64,000 nucleotides of DNA from Acidimicrobiia bacterium (lineage in GTDB: Bacteria; Actinomycetota; Acidimicrobiia; Spongiisociales; Spongiisociaceae), in contig VXRE01000020.1 in assembly GCA_009838635.1 (NCBI GenBank), positions 2,633 through 66,632 on the forward strand, read 5' to 3'. The position numbers and the translations under genes were made by a program. The notes under the pieces were generated by a model that was given only the letters and a program-made list of their open reading frames with translations, made no database searches and was not told the DNA's origin. Below, in pieces: positions 26,088-35,784 of the stretch (position 1 is its first letter; each line of letters begins with the position of its first letter).

Positions 26088-26524
26088 AGCTGGTCGACGC
26101 CAATGTCCTGTTGTACGCGGTAAACCGAGACTCGCTGCGGCATGCCTCGGCCCGGGGCTGGCTTGACGAGGCGCTCAGCGGCGGCGCTCGGGTGGCATTC
26201 TGCTGGGTTGTGTTGCTGGCGTTCCTGCGGTTGTCCACCAACGGACGGATCTTCGATGAGCCGTTGTCTGCAAGCGAGGCGATCACACAAGTCGAGGACT
26301 GGCTGGCTCAACCCTCGGCCGTCGTCGTAGAGCCGACGGCACGCCACCTCGGCATCGTCCAACAACTGCTGGTCCCGCCAGAGACGGGCGGCAATCTGGT
26401 CAACGACGCCCATCTGGCTGCCCTGGCCATCGAGCATCGATGCGCAGTGGTTTCCTACGACAGGGACTTTCTGCGCTTCGGCGGCGTGAAGCTGGAGACC
26501 CCACCCGCAGTCGATCCCACGTAG
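26084..26524 (+). CDS. vapC: PIN-domain ribonuclease toxin VapC; the start codon is uncertain (no ATG/GTG/TTG upstream of the first catalytic Asp)
   Basis: (L)KLVDANVLLYAVNRDS ... NLVNDAHLAALAIEHRCAVVSYDRDF carries the conserved PIN acidic residues. The ORF-track TTG at 26111 would delete the VDANV motif. CTG 26084 overlaps the vapB TGA as CTGA. Confidence 0.75.
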   Translation: MKLVDANVLLYAVNRDSLRHASARGWLDEALSGGARVAFCWVVLLAFLRLSTNGRIFDEPLSASEAITQVEDWLAQPSAVVVEPTARHLGIVQQLLVPPETGGNLVNDAHLAALAIEHRCAVVSYDRDFLRFGGVKLETPPAVDPT

Positions 26525-26770
26525 ACCGGGCTGGTTCCCACGCGCAAACGCCGCGGGAGCCTTGACATCCCATCGTTCACGGGCGGAGGTCGAAAACGGC
26601 GGAGTCGGCCTTGCTGCTGGGGGCGCTTCTTCGGGAACTCCCCGGCCTTCTGGATGGGGCTACAGGCCCAAAACGAATCTTGAGGTCACCCGAGACCGCC
26701 TAGCAGAACGGCTTGCCGGCGTGGTCGTTCACCCTGCCGCTCGCGCCTTAAAGACACGTCCCGGCTGGAC

Positions 26771-27565
26771 TCAGGGCGTAGGGCCGGGTTCGGGGAACTC
26801 GCTGACCGGGAACACGCTGTTGACGATCTGCAGGTCGGCATTGGGGCAGTGCGGAAGCCATGTCCGGCGCCACTCGCTTCCGGGGATGTGGTAGAGAAGC
26901 TCGTCGCCGGCAACGATCTCGGCCTCCAGTTCGTACCTGCTGTGGCGGCTGATCTGCACGCCTTCGTGGGGGAGTGAGAACTCGATCGGGAACCTGTCGA
27001 GGTCGCCCCGAACGGTCTCGGTGACCACGAGCCGGGTCTCGGGATCGGTGATGTCGATCAGCCGAACGTGGAGCACGGCCTCTTGGGGCAGGTCTTCCTC
27101 CTCCATCTCGACGTGAATCTGTCCCGGCAGGGGCTCGACGCAGGTGTCGAAGGGGTTGGTGGAGACGACCACCACATCGGAGTTGGCGGGAGCGCCCCCG
27201 GTGAGCACGAGGTGGACGGTGTCGTTGACGTACAGCAGGTCATCGCCGAGCCTGACATCGGCGCTCAGCGAGTACTCGTTGCCGCTGACGATCAGGTCGC
27301 GGTCGTACTCGATGCGGAAGCGGGTCGGGAGCCGGTCGGCGTTCTCGATGACATCGAGCCCCAGCTCCACGGAGGGGGCATCGGCCAGCGTGATGTCCAG
27401 CAGCCGGACGGTGATGACCGCGCCCTCGGGCAGCTCGACCTCGCGAGCAAACAGCACCTCGCCGGAGATGGATCCCGCAGACCCGCCTGGCGCACAGGCA
27501 ACTGTCGCTGCAAGCGCCGTGGCCAGGACCGCCATCGTGAATGGACGCGCCAAACGATGCGTCAC
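26771..27565 (-). CDS. Lipoprotein with two tandem YbaY/YscW-like domains
   Basis: Signal peptide plus lipobox (MAVLATALAATVAC). Two repeats follow the pattern GEVLFAREVELPEGAVITVRLLDITLADAPS ... FRIEY and LPQEAVLHVRLIDITDPET ... FPIEFSL. The GTG start overlaps the ctaB stop (GTGA). Confidence 0.65.
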   Translation of the reverse strand: MTHRLARPFTMAVLATALAATVACAPGGSAGSISGEVLFAREVELPEGAVITVRLLDITLADAPSVELGLDVIENADRLPTRFRIEYDRDLIVSGNEYSLSADVRLGDDLLYVNDTVHLVLTGGAPANSDVVVVSTNPFDTCVEPLPGQIHVEMEEEDLPQEAVLHVRLIDITDPETRLVVTETVRGDLDRFPIEFSLPHEGVQISRHSRYELEAEIVAGDELLYHIPGSEWRRTWLPHCPNADLQIVNSVFPVSEFPEPGPTP

Positions 27566-28452
27566 CGGTTCACCAGCGAGTCGGTTGCCACGGCGGCGAA
27601 GAGCAGTGCCAGATAGAGGAGCGAGAACAGGTACAGCGCCCTGGCCCCCTCGGTTCCCTCACCGCGTGCGAGGCGGACCGCCAGGACGATGAACCACGCG
27701 CCCGGGCCGACGGCGCCGACCAGGTAGATCCAACCGACGGCGCCCGTCGCGACGAACGTCGCGGAGAGCACCACCAGCACCACCGTGTAGACCAGGATCT
27801 GGCGCTTGGTCGCGGCCAGCGTGGCGACCACCGGCAGCATCGGGATCCCGGCGCGGGCGTAGTCGTCCTTGATCAGCAATGCCAGGGCCCAGAAGTGCGG
27901 CGGCGTCCATAGGAAGATGATGGCGAACAGGTAGACGGCCGGTAGCTCGACCGTCCCGGTCACCGCCGCCCAACCGACCAGGGGCGGGACCGCGCCGGCG
28001 GCGCCACCGATGACGATGTTCTGGGGCGTCGTCCGCTTGAGGCCCTTGGTGTACACGAACAGGTAGATGAGCGTGCCGGCCACGGCGAGCAGGCCGCTGA
28101 GGACGTTCACGAAGGCGGCCAGGATCACGAAGGCGCCCAGGTTGAGGAGGATTCCGAAGCCGTAGGCCTGCCATTTGGAGACCCTCCCGCCGGCAACGGG
28201 GCGGGCGCTGGTACGGGCCATCTTCTGGTCGATGTCGCGCTCGGCGCCGTGGTTGAGAGAGTTGGCACCGCCGGCTGCCAGGTAGCCGGAGACGATGACA
28301 AGGGCGGTCACCAGGGGATCGGGCCGGCCCTCGGCGGCCAGGAACATGCTCCCCACGGCCGTGATGAGCAGCAGGGCCGTGATCCGGGGTTTGGTGAGCG
28401 CGACGTAGTCGCTCACAACCCTGGACGCGCGCATGCCTGGAGCGAGCATCAA
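27562..28452 (-). CDS. ctaB: Protoheme IX farnesyltransferase (heme O synthase)
   Basis: 296 aa, UbiA family: YVALTKPRITALLLITAVGSM ... NHGAERDIDQKMARTSARP ... FLWTPPHFWALA. Confidence 0.93.
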   Translation of the reverse strand: MMLAPGMRASRVVSDYVALTKPRITALLLITAVGSMFLAAEGRPDPLVTALVIVSGYLAAGGANSLNHGAERDIDQKMARTSARPVAGGRVSKWQAYGFGILLNLGAFVILAAFVNVLSGLLAVAGTLIYLFVYTKGLKRTTPQNIVIGGAAGAVPPLVGWAAVTGTVELPAVYLFAIIFLWTPPHFWALALLIKDDYARAGIPMLPVVATLAATKRQILVYTVVLVVLSATFVATGAVGWIYLVGAVGPGAWFIVLAVRLARGEGTEGARALYLFSLLYLALLFAAVATDSLVNR

Positions 28453-29453
28453 CCCGCGCGCCCCGGGTACCGGGACCTCACCCGGAAGGTTTCAGGATCG
28501 AACTGCACCGCGACCATCAGCACCATCGACACCCAGGACATCGTCGCGAAGACCAGATGCAGGGATGCTATGAGCGGAGTCGAACCCATCCATGCCGTCA
28601 GCGCGCCCACCCCGATCTCGATCACCAGGAACCCGGCCGTGAGCGCGGCCAGCCAACGAAGCTGTCCCCGTGCCGCCCCCTGTCTCCACGCCACGAAGCA
28701 GGTACGGAACACCACCACGGCCACGATGGCCACCATGTATCGGTGGGTCATGTTGATGACGAACGGCGTACCTCCGGGGATGCTGGTGCCTACGCAGAGC
28801 GGCCAGCTCGGACAGGCGGCCCCGTAGTTCATCCCCACCATGTAGGACCCGAAGAGGATGGTCACCAGCAGACCGCTCAAGCCGGCCCATGCCAGCCTCC
28901 GATCCCGCCTGGAGCCCCCGGTGTCGAGGTCCTGCGGGTCATCGGACCCATCATCAGGCGGACCGGCCAGCCAGGCGACGGCGAGGCCGGCCACGGTCAG
29001 CTCGGCCAGCCCCAGGTGGATCAGGCGCGTCCACCAGGAGAGCTCGCTCAGGACGGTGATGCCACCGAGGACCGCCGCCGCCACCACCAGTACCGTGCTC
29101 GCGCCCGTGGCGACGAGCGCGGGCTTCGATGCCCGCAAGTGTCGCCAAGCCAGCACGAGCGAAGCCACCACCAGGAAGCCCACCGCGGTCGCCGCCAGGC
29201 GGTGGGTGAACTCGAGCCAGATGTGGTAGTCGAAGGGCGGGATTATCTGTCCGTGGCAGAGCGGCCAATCCGGGCAAGCATCTCCCGAGCCGGTCACCCG
29301 GACGACCCCTCCGAGAGCGACTTGAGCGATGGCCGCTACCAGGCTTGCCAGCGTCACCGTTCTGTATCTGGCCCGGCCCGCTCGTGTACCCGCGGCGACA
29401 TGTGGCATGGCTGATCGCTCCGAGATTCGAATGGGGGATTCCCTCTGTGCCAT
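28449..29453 (-). CDS. ctaA: Heme A synthase (COX15/CtaA family)
   Basis: Polytopic protein with the paired Cys/His motifs of CtaA (GSGDACPDWPLCHG ... FTHRL ... GAACPSWPLC ... MTHRY). An alternative start is ATG 29408. It overlaps ctaB by 4 nt. Confidence 0.85.
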   Translation of the reverse strand: MAQRESPIRISERSAMPHVAAGTRAGRARYRTVTLASLVAAIAQVALGGVVRVTGSGDACPDWPLCHGQIIPPFDYHIWLEFTHRLAATAVGFLVVASLVLAWRHLRASKPALVATGASTVLVVAAAVLGGITVLSELSWWTRLIHLGLAELTVAGLAVAWLAGPPDDGSDDPQDLDTGGSRRDRRLAWAGLSGLLVTILFGSYMVGMNYGAACPSWPLCVGTSIPGGTPFVINMTHRYMVAIVAVVVFRTCFVAWRQGAARGQLRWLAALTAGFLVIEIGVGALTAWMGSTPLIASLHLVFATMSWVSMVLMVAVQFDPETFRVRSRYPGRAG

Positions 29454-29700
29454 CCTGAATTCGCGGTTGCAGGAGGCTCCCGGAAGCTACCGGATCGGAT
29501 CCCCTCCAATTCTAATCCGCCCTGGGGCATCGAGAGGTCGCCGAGGACGGTCTGCCGGAGCCGCGGTTCCGCCACGCCGCAGGCCGTACGTATCGGCCTC
29601 GCGGACCCGAGCCGTTCAGGGATCTCGACCAGGACATGGGGCCCTATATAGTGGCCAAAGTGGAGGGACTCACCATCATCGGCCGACCTGATCGGCATCT

Positions 29701-30225
29701 GTGGTGAACCCGCGATCGGCGTTTCCCGCCGCGCCCGAGTTGGCGGTCACCCGCTGGTTCAATACCGCCGCCAACCCGACTCTGGCCGACCTGCTGGGCG
29801 AGGTCGTGGTCATCGAGGCGTTCCAGATGCTCTGTCCCGGTTGTGTCTCCCACGGACTGCCGCAGGCCAAGCGCATCCAGCACGCCTTCGGCGACGACGT
29901 CACCCTGCTCGGGCTCCACTGCGTGTTCGAGCATCACGAGGCCATGACGCCGGTCTCGCTCGAGGCGTTCCTCTACGAATACCGCCTCACCTTCCCGGTC
30001 GGTGTCGATGCCCACGATCCCGGGTCGGCTCTGCCCATCACGATGCGCCGGTTCCAGCTGCGGGGAACCCCGAGCCTGGTTGCCATAGACCGGGCAGGGC
30101 GTATCCGTCTCAACGCGTTCGGCCAGGTCGACGACATCGTCGTAGGTGCCACCCTCGCCCGTCTCATCGACGAGCCCCGGCCGTCGGCTGCGGATGAATG
30201 CGAGCCCGACGAAGGAAACGCGTAG
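29701..30225 (+). CDS. Thioredoxin-fold redoxin (TlpA/AhpC-TSA-like) with a CPGC motif
   Basis: 174 aa with VVVIEAFQMLCPGCVSHGLPQ and a LRGTPSLVAIDRAGRI cis-Pro region. Confidence 0.75.
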   Translation: MVNPRSAFPAAPELAVTRWFNTAANPTLADLLGEVVVIEAFQMLCPGCVSHGLPQAKRIQHAFGDDVTLLGLHCVFEHHEAMTPVSLEAFLYEYRLTFPVGVDAHDPGSALPITMRRFQLRGTPSLVAIDRAGRIRLNAFGQVDDIVVGATLARLIDEPRPSAADECEPDEGNA

Positions 30226-30270
30226 CCCGGAGTTCGGAACGCACCCCGGTCGGGGTAGAGTTCGCGGACC

Positions 30271-31287
30271 GTGATCCTCTCTTCTGGTACGAGTTCCCGC
30301 TCTCTGGGCTTCCTGGGACCTGCCGGTACTTTTACCGAGGAGGCGCTGGTCACCCGGCAATACCTGGCAGCGATGCGCCGCCAACCGTTCAACTCGATGC
30401 TGCAGGTCCTGAAGTCCGTGGAGTCCGGCGTGGTGGACGTCGGGTTCGTTCCGATCGAGAACATGATCGAGGGGGCCGTCACCTCCAGCATCGACACCCT
30501 GGCCTTCGGAACCGGCCTGTTGATCCAGGACGAGGTGATAATGGATGTCAGCCTGGCGCTGATGGCGCTTCCCGGCACGGACCTCCAGAACGTCAAGTAC
30601 ATCCTCTCCTACCCCCTCGCCTCGGCACAGTGCAGCCGGTTCATCACCCGGCGTCTACCCGGCGCGGTGATGGTGGCGGCCAACTCGACGGCCGGCGCCG
30701 CCCGCGACCTGGTCGCCCGGGGGGACATGGACACGGTGGTGATCGCTCCACAGAGAGCCGCCGAGGTCTACGGCTTGGAGGTTCTCGAGGCGGGCATAGA
30801 GGATCGGTCCGGCAACCAGACGCGCTTCCTGCTGGTGGGCCGCGACACCGTTCCCCCACCGACGGGACGGGATAAGACCAGCCTGGTCGTGTACCAGCGC
30901 GCCGACGCACCGGGGTCCCTGGTGGGGATCCTGGGCGAATTCGTGGCCCGGTCCATCAACATCACCAGCCTGCAGAGCCGTCCCACCAAGGCCAGCCTCG
31001 GGAGCTACTGCTTCCTCATCGACTGCGAGGGTCACGTGATGGACGAGAAGCTGGGCGACGCGCTACGCAACCTCCAGATGAGGGCGGCCAGCGTCAAGTT
31101 CCTCGGCTCCTACCCGGCGGACTCGGTCAGCCCGGTGGACGGTCCGGCCAACCGAGCATTGCGCGAGGACGTGGATGCCTCCTACGTGGACGATGAGGGA
31201 TACCTGGTCCTGGCGGGCGTGCCCGACCAGACGAGCCGCGAAGAGGCCGATGCGTGGCTGGCCGACGTGCGCTCCAGAGTCGTCTGA
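30271..31287 (+). CDS. pheA: Prephenate dehydratase (with ACT domain and a ~55-aa C-terminal extension)
   Basis: LGFLGPAGTFTEEA ... VPIENMIEGAV ... NQTRFLLV ... ACT region GSLVGILGEFVARSINITSLQSRPTK ... YCFLIDCEGH. Confidence 0.9.
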   Translation: MILSSGTSSRSLGFLGPAGTFTEEALVTRQYLAAMRRQPFNSMLQVLKSVESGVVDVGFVPIENMIEGAVTSSIDTLAFGTGLLIQDEVIMDVSLALMALPGTDLQNVKYILSYPLASAQCSRFITRRLPGAVMVAANSTAGAARDLVARGDMDTVVIAPQRAAEVYGLEVLEAGIEDRSGNQTRFLLVGRDTVPPPTGRDKTSLVVYQRADAPGSLVGILGEFVARSINITSLQSRPTKASLGSYCFLIDCEGHVMDEKLGDALRNLQMRAASVKFLGSYPADSVSPVDGPANRALREDVDASYVDDEGYLVLAGVPDQTSREEADAWLADVRSRVV

Positions 31288-31309
31288 CGATGAGTCGGGG
31301 CGTCCGGGC

Positions 31310-32998
31310 TCAGGACTCGATCAGACCCTCCTGAGGCCGCGTCCAGGGCAGTGTGTTGACATACGCGGCCAGCGGGGCCGATGGGATCTTCATGGTGCCG
31401 AAGGGCACGTCGATGACCACCGGCGCGGCGCGTTCCAGGGCAAGCGGTATCAACGTCTCGAGATCGTGAGGGTCGTCCGCTCTCATCCCTACCGCTCCGA
31501 ATGACTCCGCGAACTTGACGAAGTCCGGGTTGTGCAGGTCGGTCCCGTAGGTTGCGCCGAACGACTCCTCGAGGTCGCGGGCCACGTTGCCGTAGGAGTC
31601 GTTCCGGAAGACCACGACCACCACGTCGAGACCGTACTGGACCGCAGTGGCGAGTTCCGAGGAGTTGTACATGAAGCCTCCGTCTCCGGCCACGCACACC
31701 ACGGGGCGGTCCGGGTTCGCGACCTTGACCCCCAGAGCCGTCGGGAAGGCGTAGCCGAGGTTGAACGAGTAGCCGGAGTCGATGTACGTCTTGGGCCGGT
31801 CCACCTGGTAGTGCGTGCGGGCGTAGAAGCCGAACTGCGTCACGTCCCACACCACGAACGCCTCCTCCGGGATGCCGCGCTGCATCGCCTCCAGGACGGC
31901 GTACTGGGGTTCCTTGAGCCGGATGTCGTAGTAGGCGATGAGGCGGCGGGCCGCCGCGACGGCCTCGGTCGGTGACGGGCGCTCGCCCGCGCCGGCCTTG
32001 GCCAGGAGAGGAAGCAGGGCATGGATGGTGGCTCTGGCATCGCCGTGCAGGGGGATGGTGTTGGACTGGATCCTGGCGAGTTCGCCGTCGTCGATGTTGA
32101 TGTTCACCAGAGTGGACGACTCGCCGGCCGGATTGCCGAGCGAGAATCGTGAGCCGACTCCTATGACCACGTCAGCGGCCTGCATCACCTCGTAGAGCTG
32201 GTTCATCTCCTGCCGCTCGCCCCTGGGGCTGAAGCACGAGCCGTAGGACAGTTCATGGCTGTCCGGGATGGTCCCCTTGCCTCCGCTGGACGTCACCACC
32301 GGTATGTTGGTGGCCTCCGCCAGCTCGACCAGGGCGTCCTCCGCGTTCGAGCGCGCCACACCGCCGCCGGCGAATATCAGCGGCGTGCGCGAGGCGGCGA
32401 TGACCCGGGCGGCCTCCCGGAGGTCTTCTGCGCTCGGCACGATCCGGGGAATACGGGCGGGGTTCCGCAACCGGACCTCTTCCCGTTCCACTCCGGTGTC
32501 GGGCGGGATCTCGATCAGGACCGGACGCGGTCGGCCCGTACGCATCTGCCTGAACGCTTCGAACACCGCATCCGGCACTTCGCGGGGTCGGAGCACCCGC
32601 CGCTGCCACTTGGTGACCGAGCGCACCGTGCCCGGCTGGTCCATCACCTCATGGACGGCCCCGGCATTCTTGCCGATAGCGCCGCGCGGGATCTGGCCGG
32701 CGATCACGAGCACCGGCGAGGAGCGCGCGTACGCGTTGGTCAATCCGGACGCCGCGTTGTACAGGCCCGCCCCCGGAACCACGAGAGCTACCCCCGGTCT
32801 TCCGGAGGAGCGGGCGTATCCGTCGGCCATGAAGGTGGTGGCCTGCTCGTGCCGGGTGGTGATCATCCGGATGCCGGGCTCGTCCCGCAGCGCCGCGACG
32901 ATCCCGTATATCTGTATGCCGGGTACGCCGAAGACGACCTCGACACCCTCGTTCGCGAGGGACTTGACGAGTGCTTCGCCGCCGCTCAGACTCACCAT
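31310..32998 (-). CDS. Thiamine-diphosphate-dependent enzyme (acetolactate synthase large-subunit-like)
   Basis: 562 aa. N-terminal GGEALVKSLANEGVEVVFGVPGIQIY and a ThDP-binding motif VCVAGDGGFMYNSSELATAV ... NDSYGNV. Confidence 0.85.
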   Translation of the reverse strand: MVSLSGGEALVKSLANEGVEVVFGVPGIQIYGIVAALRDEPGIRMITTRHEQATTFMADGYARSSGRPGVALVVPGAGLYNAASGLTNAYARSSPVLVIAGQIPRGAIGKNAGAVHEVMDQPGTVRSVTKWQRRVLRPREVPDAVFEAFRQMRTGRPRPVLIEIPPDTGVEREEVRLRNPARIPRIVPSAEDLREAARVIAASRTPLIFAGGGVARSNAEDALVELAEATNIPVVTSSGGKGTIPDSHELSYGSCFSPRGERQEMNQLYEVMQAADVVIGVGSRFSLGNPAGESSTLVNINIDDGELARIQSNTIPLHGDARATIHALLPLLAKAGAGERPSPTEAVAAARRLIAYYDIRLKEPQYAVLEAMQRGIPEEAFVVWDVTQFGFYARTHYQVDRPKTYIDSGYSFNLGYAFPTALGVKVANPDRPVVCVAGDGGFMYNSSELATAVQYGLDVVVVVFRNDSYGNVARDLEESFGATYGTDLHNPDFVKFAESFGAVGMRADDPHDLETLIPLALERAAPVVIDVPFGTMKIPSAPLAAYVNTLPWTRPQEGLIES

Positions 32999-33156
32999 CG
33001 GGACATCACAACCAGGCTTCCACCCAGATCAAGCATGCTCGCTCCGCAGGATCGACCGCGAACAGCGGAATCGGGCACTACATCGCACTCGAGACGCTCT
33101 CCAATACTCAGCAGGACACGGGGCACACTACAACACGGTTCAGCGAGCTGACTGGT

Positions 33157-35634
33157 TTAGGACGTCTCCTCGGTGGCCTCGTTGCGGCGGTATATGGCAT
33201 CGATCGCCTCGTCGAGTTCGTCTGCCCAACGCTGCGTCCGCGATCGGAGTCGCATGTTCTGGTAGGCGCCCCACAGGGTCATGGCGGGTGGCACCAGCAC
33301 GATGGAGACGATCAGCGAGTAGGCGATCGTAATGGCCGCCGTGATGGCGAACTGCTGGGACGCGGCCAGCGGCGAGAACACCAGCACTCCGAGTCCTAGC
33401 GCGGTCGTCATGGCGGAGCCCAGCAGCGCCGATCCCGTGACGGAGAGCGTCTGGATCGCCGCTCGCTCAGGGTTGCGGTGGTACCCGTACTCCTCGCGGT
33501 AGCGATGGATCATGTGGATGGTGTAGTCCACCCCGATCCCGATCGAGAGCGCGGTGATGATGGACGTGATGAGCGTGTACGGGATGTCCAGCAACGCCAT
33601 CGTGCCCAGCACCGAGATCAGAACGAGCACAATCGGGAACACGGCCACGAATCCCAGTGCGGGCTGGCGGACGGTGACCCAGAAGAAGAGGGCGAGGACG
33701 GTCAGGGCCACCGCGATGGTGGTGCTGATGGCCTCGGTCTGCTGCTCGGTGATGGCGTCGGTGACGGTGAACGAGATGATGCTCGACGAAGTCGCCGTGA
33801 GCGCGCTGTCGTCGCCGAACCAAAGTTCCTCGATCTCCCGCTGGGTGTTCCTCGCCTGCGCGGTGTCGCCCGCGAAGGCCGGGAACTGGAGCAGCATGGC
33901 ATCGATTCCGTCCGGGTTGTTGACCAGGAGACGCCCCATGATGGGATCGACCGCCACCACCCGGTCGAGTACCTCCTGCATGAGGGCCGTATCGAGTTCG
34001 ATTCCGGCGGAGGCCTCCTGGAACAGGGCGGCGAGCTCCGGGTCGTACTTGTCACCCGGTTGGCCGCTGTCGTTGATCCAGTCGTGCACGACAAGGTCGA
34101 AGGACGCCTGGATCGGCCCTGCCGCCGCTCCCGGACGGCGCGTCTCGTCCGCGAAGGCGGTGGTGAGGTCATGAAGGTCGATGAACGTGCGGGTCTCGGT
34201 GGCCTCGGCCTTCACCAGCAGGCTGACCATCTCCGTCGAGCCGCCGATAGCCACGTCGAGCGCCTCCATGTCGGCCAGCAACCCGCCACCTCTCGGGAGG
34301 ATGTCGCGGATGCTGAACTCCGACTCGAGGTCCCGGGCCGCGAAACCGAGCCCGATCGTGATCGCGATCACGGCGACAATGTAGGGCGTGGGATTGCGGG
34401 TCACCCCTTTCCCCAGCAGTTCCGCCACCCGGCTGACTCCGGGCAGGGCGGTCGCTATCGGGCGCGGCTCCTTCAACTTGCCGCGAGCCGCCCGCCTCCG
34501 ATCGATGATCGTACGTCCGGCGGGAATGAGCGTCAGCATCACCAGGAGGGCCATCCCCACGCCGAGTCCCGCGATGATGCCGAAGTCGTTGACGATCCCG
34601 ATCGGGGAGAACAGGCTCACCAGGAGGCTCACGATGGTGGTGACGGCGGCCAGCGTGAGGGGCAGGCTGACGTGCCGCAGCCCCATCTGGACCGCTCCGA
34701 CTACATCCTCGCCGGCGAGGCGTTGCTCGCGGTAATGGGAGACGATCTGTATGGCGTAGTCCACCGTGAGGCCGATCAGGATGATCGGCACCATCGTGGT
34801 GAGGGAGTTGGGAGGGCCGACCAGCCCCAGCGCGTTGGGTCCGAGCCATCCTTCCGCGCCGACGACCCAGATAATCGCCAGCAGGAGCCCTCCGAGAGTG
34901 AGAAGGAGATCCGAGGCCGTGCGCATGAAGAGCAGGATCAGCACCGCAATGAGGAGGAACGCCGCACCCACCAGCGGGGCCATCCCTTCCTCGGTAGCCT
35001 TCTTGTACTCGTCCTCCACCACCACGGGCGAGATGCTGCTCACCCGCAGCGGGCCCTCGTCCGCATTCGCCAACTGGTCGACCGTCCGCGAGGCGGTATA
35101 GATCCGTTCGTCACCCGTGTCTCTCAGGTTGACGGTGGCGATGGCGATGGGTGTCCCGTCGGCGTCGAGTCCGGTCATGGCGTCGAGCGCCACCCCGATG
35201 CCCGGGACGTTGCGGACGGAATCGATTTCCGCCTGCGTGACCGACCCGAGGGTGTCCACCTGGAGCACCGCCTTGACCAGCAACGAGGGCGCGAAGACGG
35301 GATCGGGAGCCGCCAGCATGTCCCTTACGGAGGGATCGCTGACGATGTCGGTGATCAGGCTGTCCATCTGGGAGAGCCCTTCGGGCGTGAGCGCCTCGCC
35401 GCGGAAGATGAGCGTCGCGACGTCCGCCTCGGCCTCGCCCCCGAAGAGCTCGTCTATCTCGTCCAAAGCCTGGGCGACGGCGCTGCCGTCGGGAAGGGTC
35501 TCGGCGGTCTCCGGCGGCTCCGCGCGCTGCGCCGCGCCGGCCCCCAGGGCAACGGTGACGACAAGGAGGGCGGCGATGGTGACCCATGGGTAGCCGGTCA
35601 CCAGCCGGCGCAGCCGGTCGAGTGCCTTGCTCAC
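33157..35634 (-). CDS. MMPL/RND-superfamily membrane transporter
   Basis: 825 aa with two 6-TM bundles. Both show the MMPL-type pattern (GLTVDYAIQIVSHYREQ ... and GIGVDYTIHMIHRYREE) and are separated by soluble loops. Confidence 0.88.
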   Translation of the reverse strand: MSKALDRLRRLVTGYPWVTIAALLVVTVALGAGAAQRAEPPETAETLPDGSAVAQALDEIDELFGGEAEADVATLIFRGEALTPEGLSQMDSLITDIVSDPSVRDMLAAPDPVFAPSLLVKAVLQVDTLGSVTQAEIDSVRNVPGIGVALDAMTGLDADGTPIAIATVNLRDTGDERIYTASRTVDQLANADEGPLRVSSISPVVVEDEYKKATEEGMAPLVGAAFLLIAVLILLFMRTASDLLLTLGGLLLAIIWVVGAEGWLGPNALGLVGPPNSLTTMVPIILIGLTVDYAIQIVSHYREQRLAGEDVVGAVQMGLRHVSLPLTLAAVTTIVSLLVSLFSPIGIVNDFGIIAGLGVGMALLVMLTLIPAGRTIIDRRRAARGKLKEPRPIATALPGVSRVAELLGKGVTRNPTPYIVAVIAITIGLGFAARDLESEFSIRDILPRGGGLLADMEALDVAIGGSTEMVSLLVKAEATETRTFIDLHDLTTAFADETRRPGAAAGPIQASFDLVVHDWINDSGQPGDKYDPELAALFQEASAGIELDTALMQEVLDRVVAVDPIMGRLLVNNPDGIDAMLLQFPAFAGDTAQARNTQREIEELWFGDDSALTATSSSIISFTVTDAITEQQTEAISTTIAVALTVLALFFWVTVRQPALGFVAVFPIVLVLISVLGTMALLDIPYTLITSIITALSIGIGVDYTIHMIHRYREEYGYHRNPERAAIQTLSVTGSALLGSAMTTALGLGVLVFSPLAASQQFAITAAITIAYSLIVSIVLVPPAMTLWGAYQNMRLRSRTQRWADELDEAIDAIYRRNEATEETS

Positions 35635-35784
35635 GGCTTAAGAAGGATCGCGTCGCTACTAATCATCCCAACTTCCCCTAAGAGCGGACCTTTTCATGAG
35701 CTGGAAGCCAAACGCGGATTCACCGCGAAGCCATGATTCAGCGTCACGAATCCTAACAGTGACATGACTCGGCCATCGGTCGTG

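Noticed and set aside
33478-35736. A 752-aa plus-strand ORF opposite the MMPL gene. Likewise 55642..57285 (-) opposite coxM/coxD and 61343..62618 (-) opposite tyrA.
   Set aside because: These are shadow ORFs of confidently assigned genes, with charged, low-complexity composition (runs of R, D, G, E, H) and no motifs.
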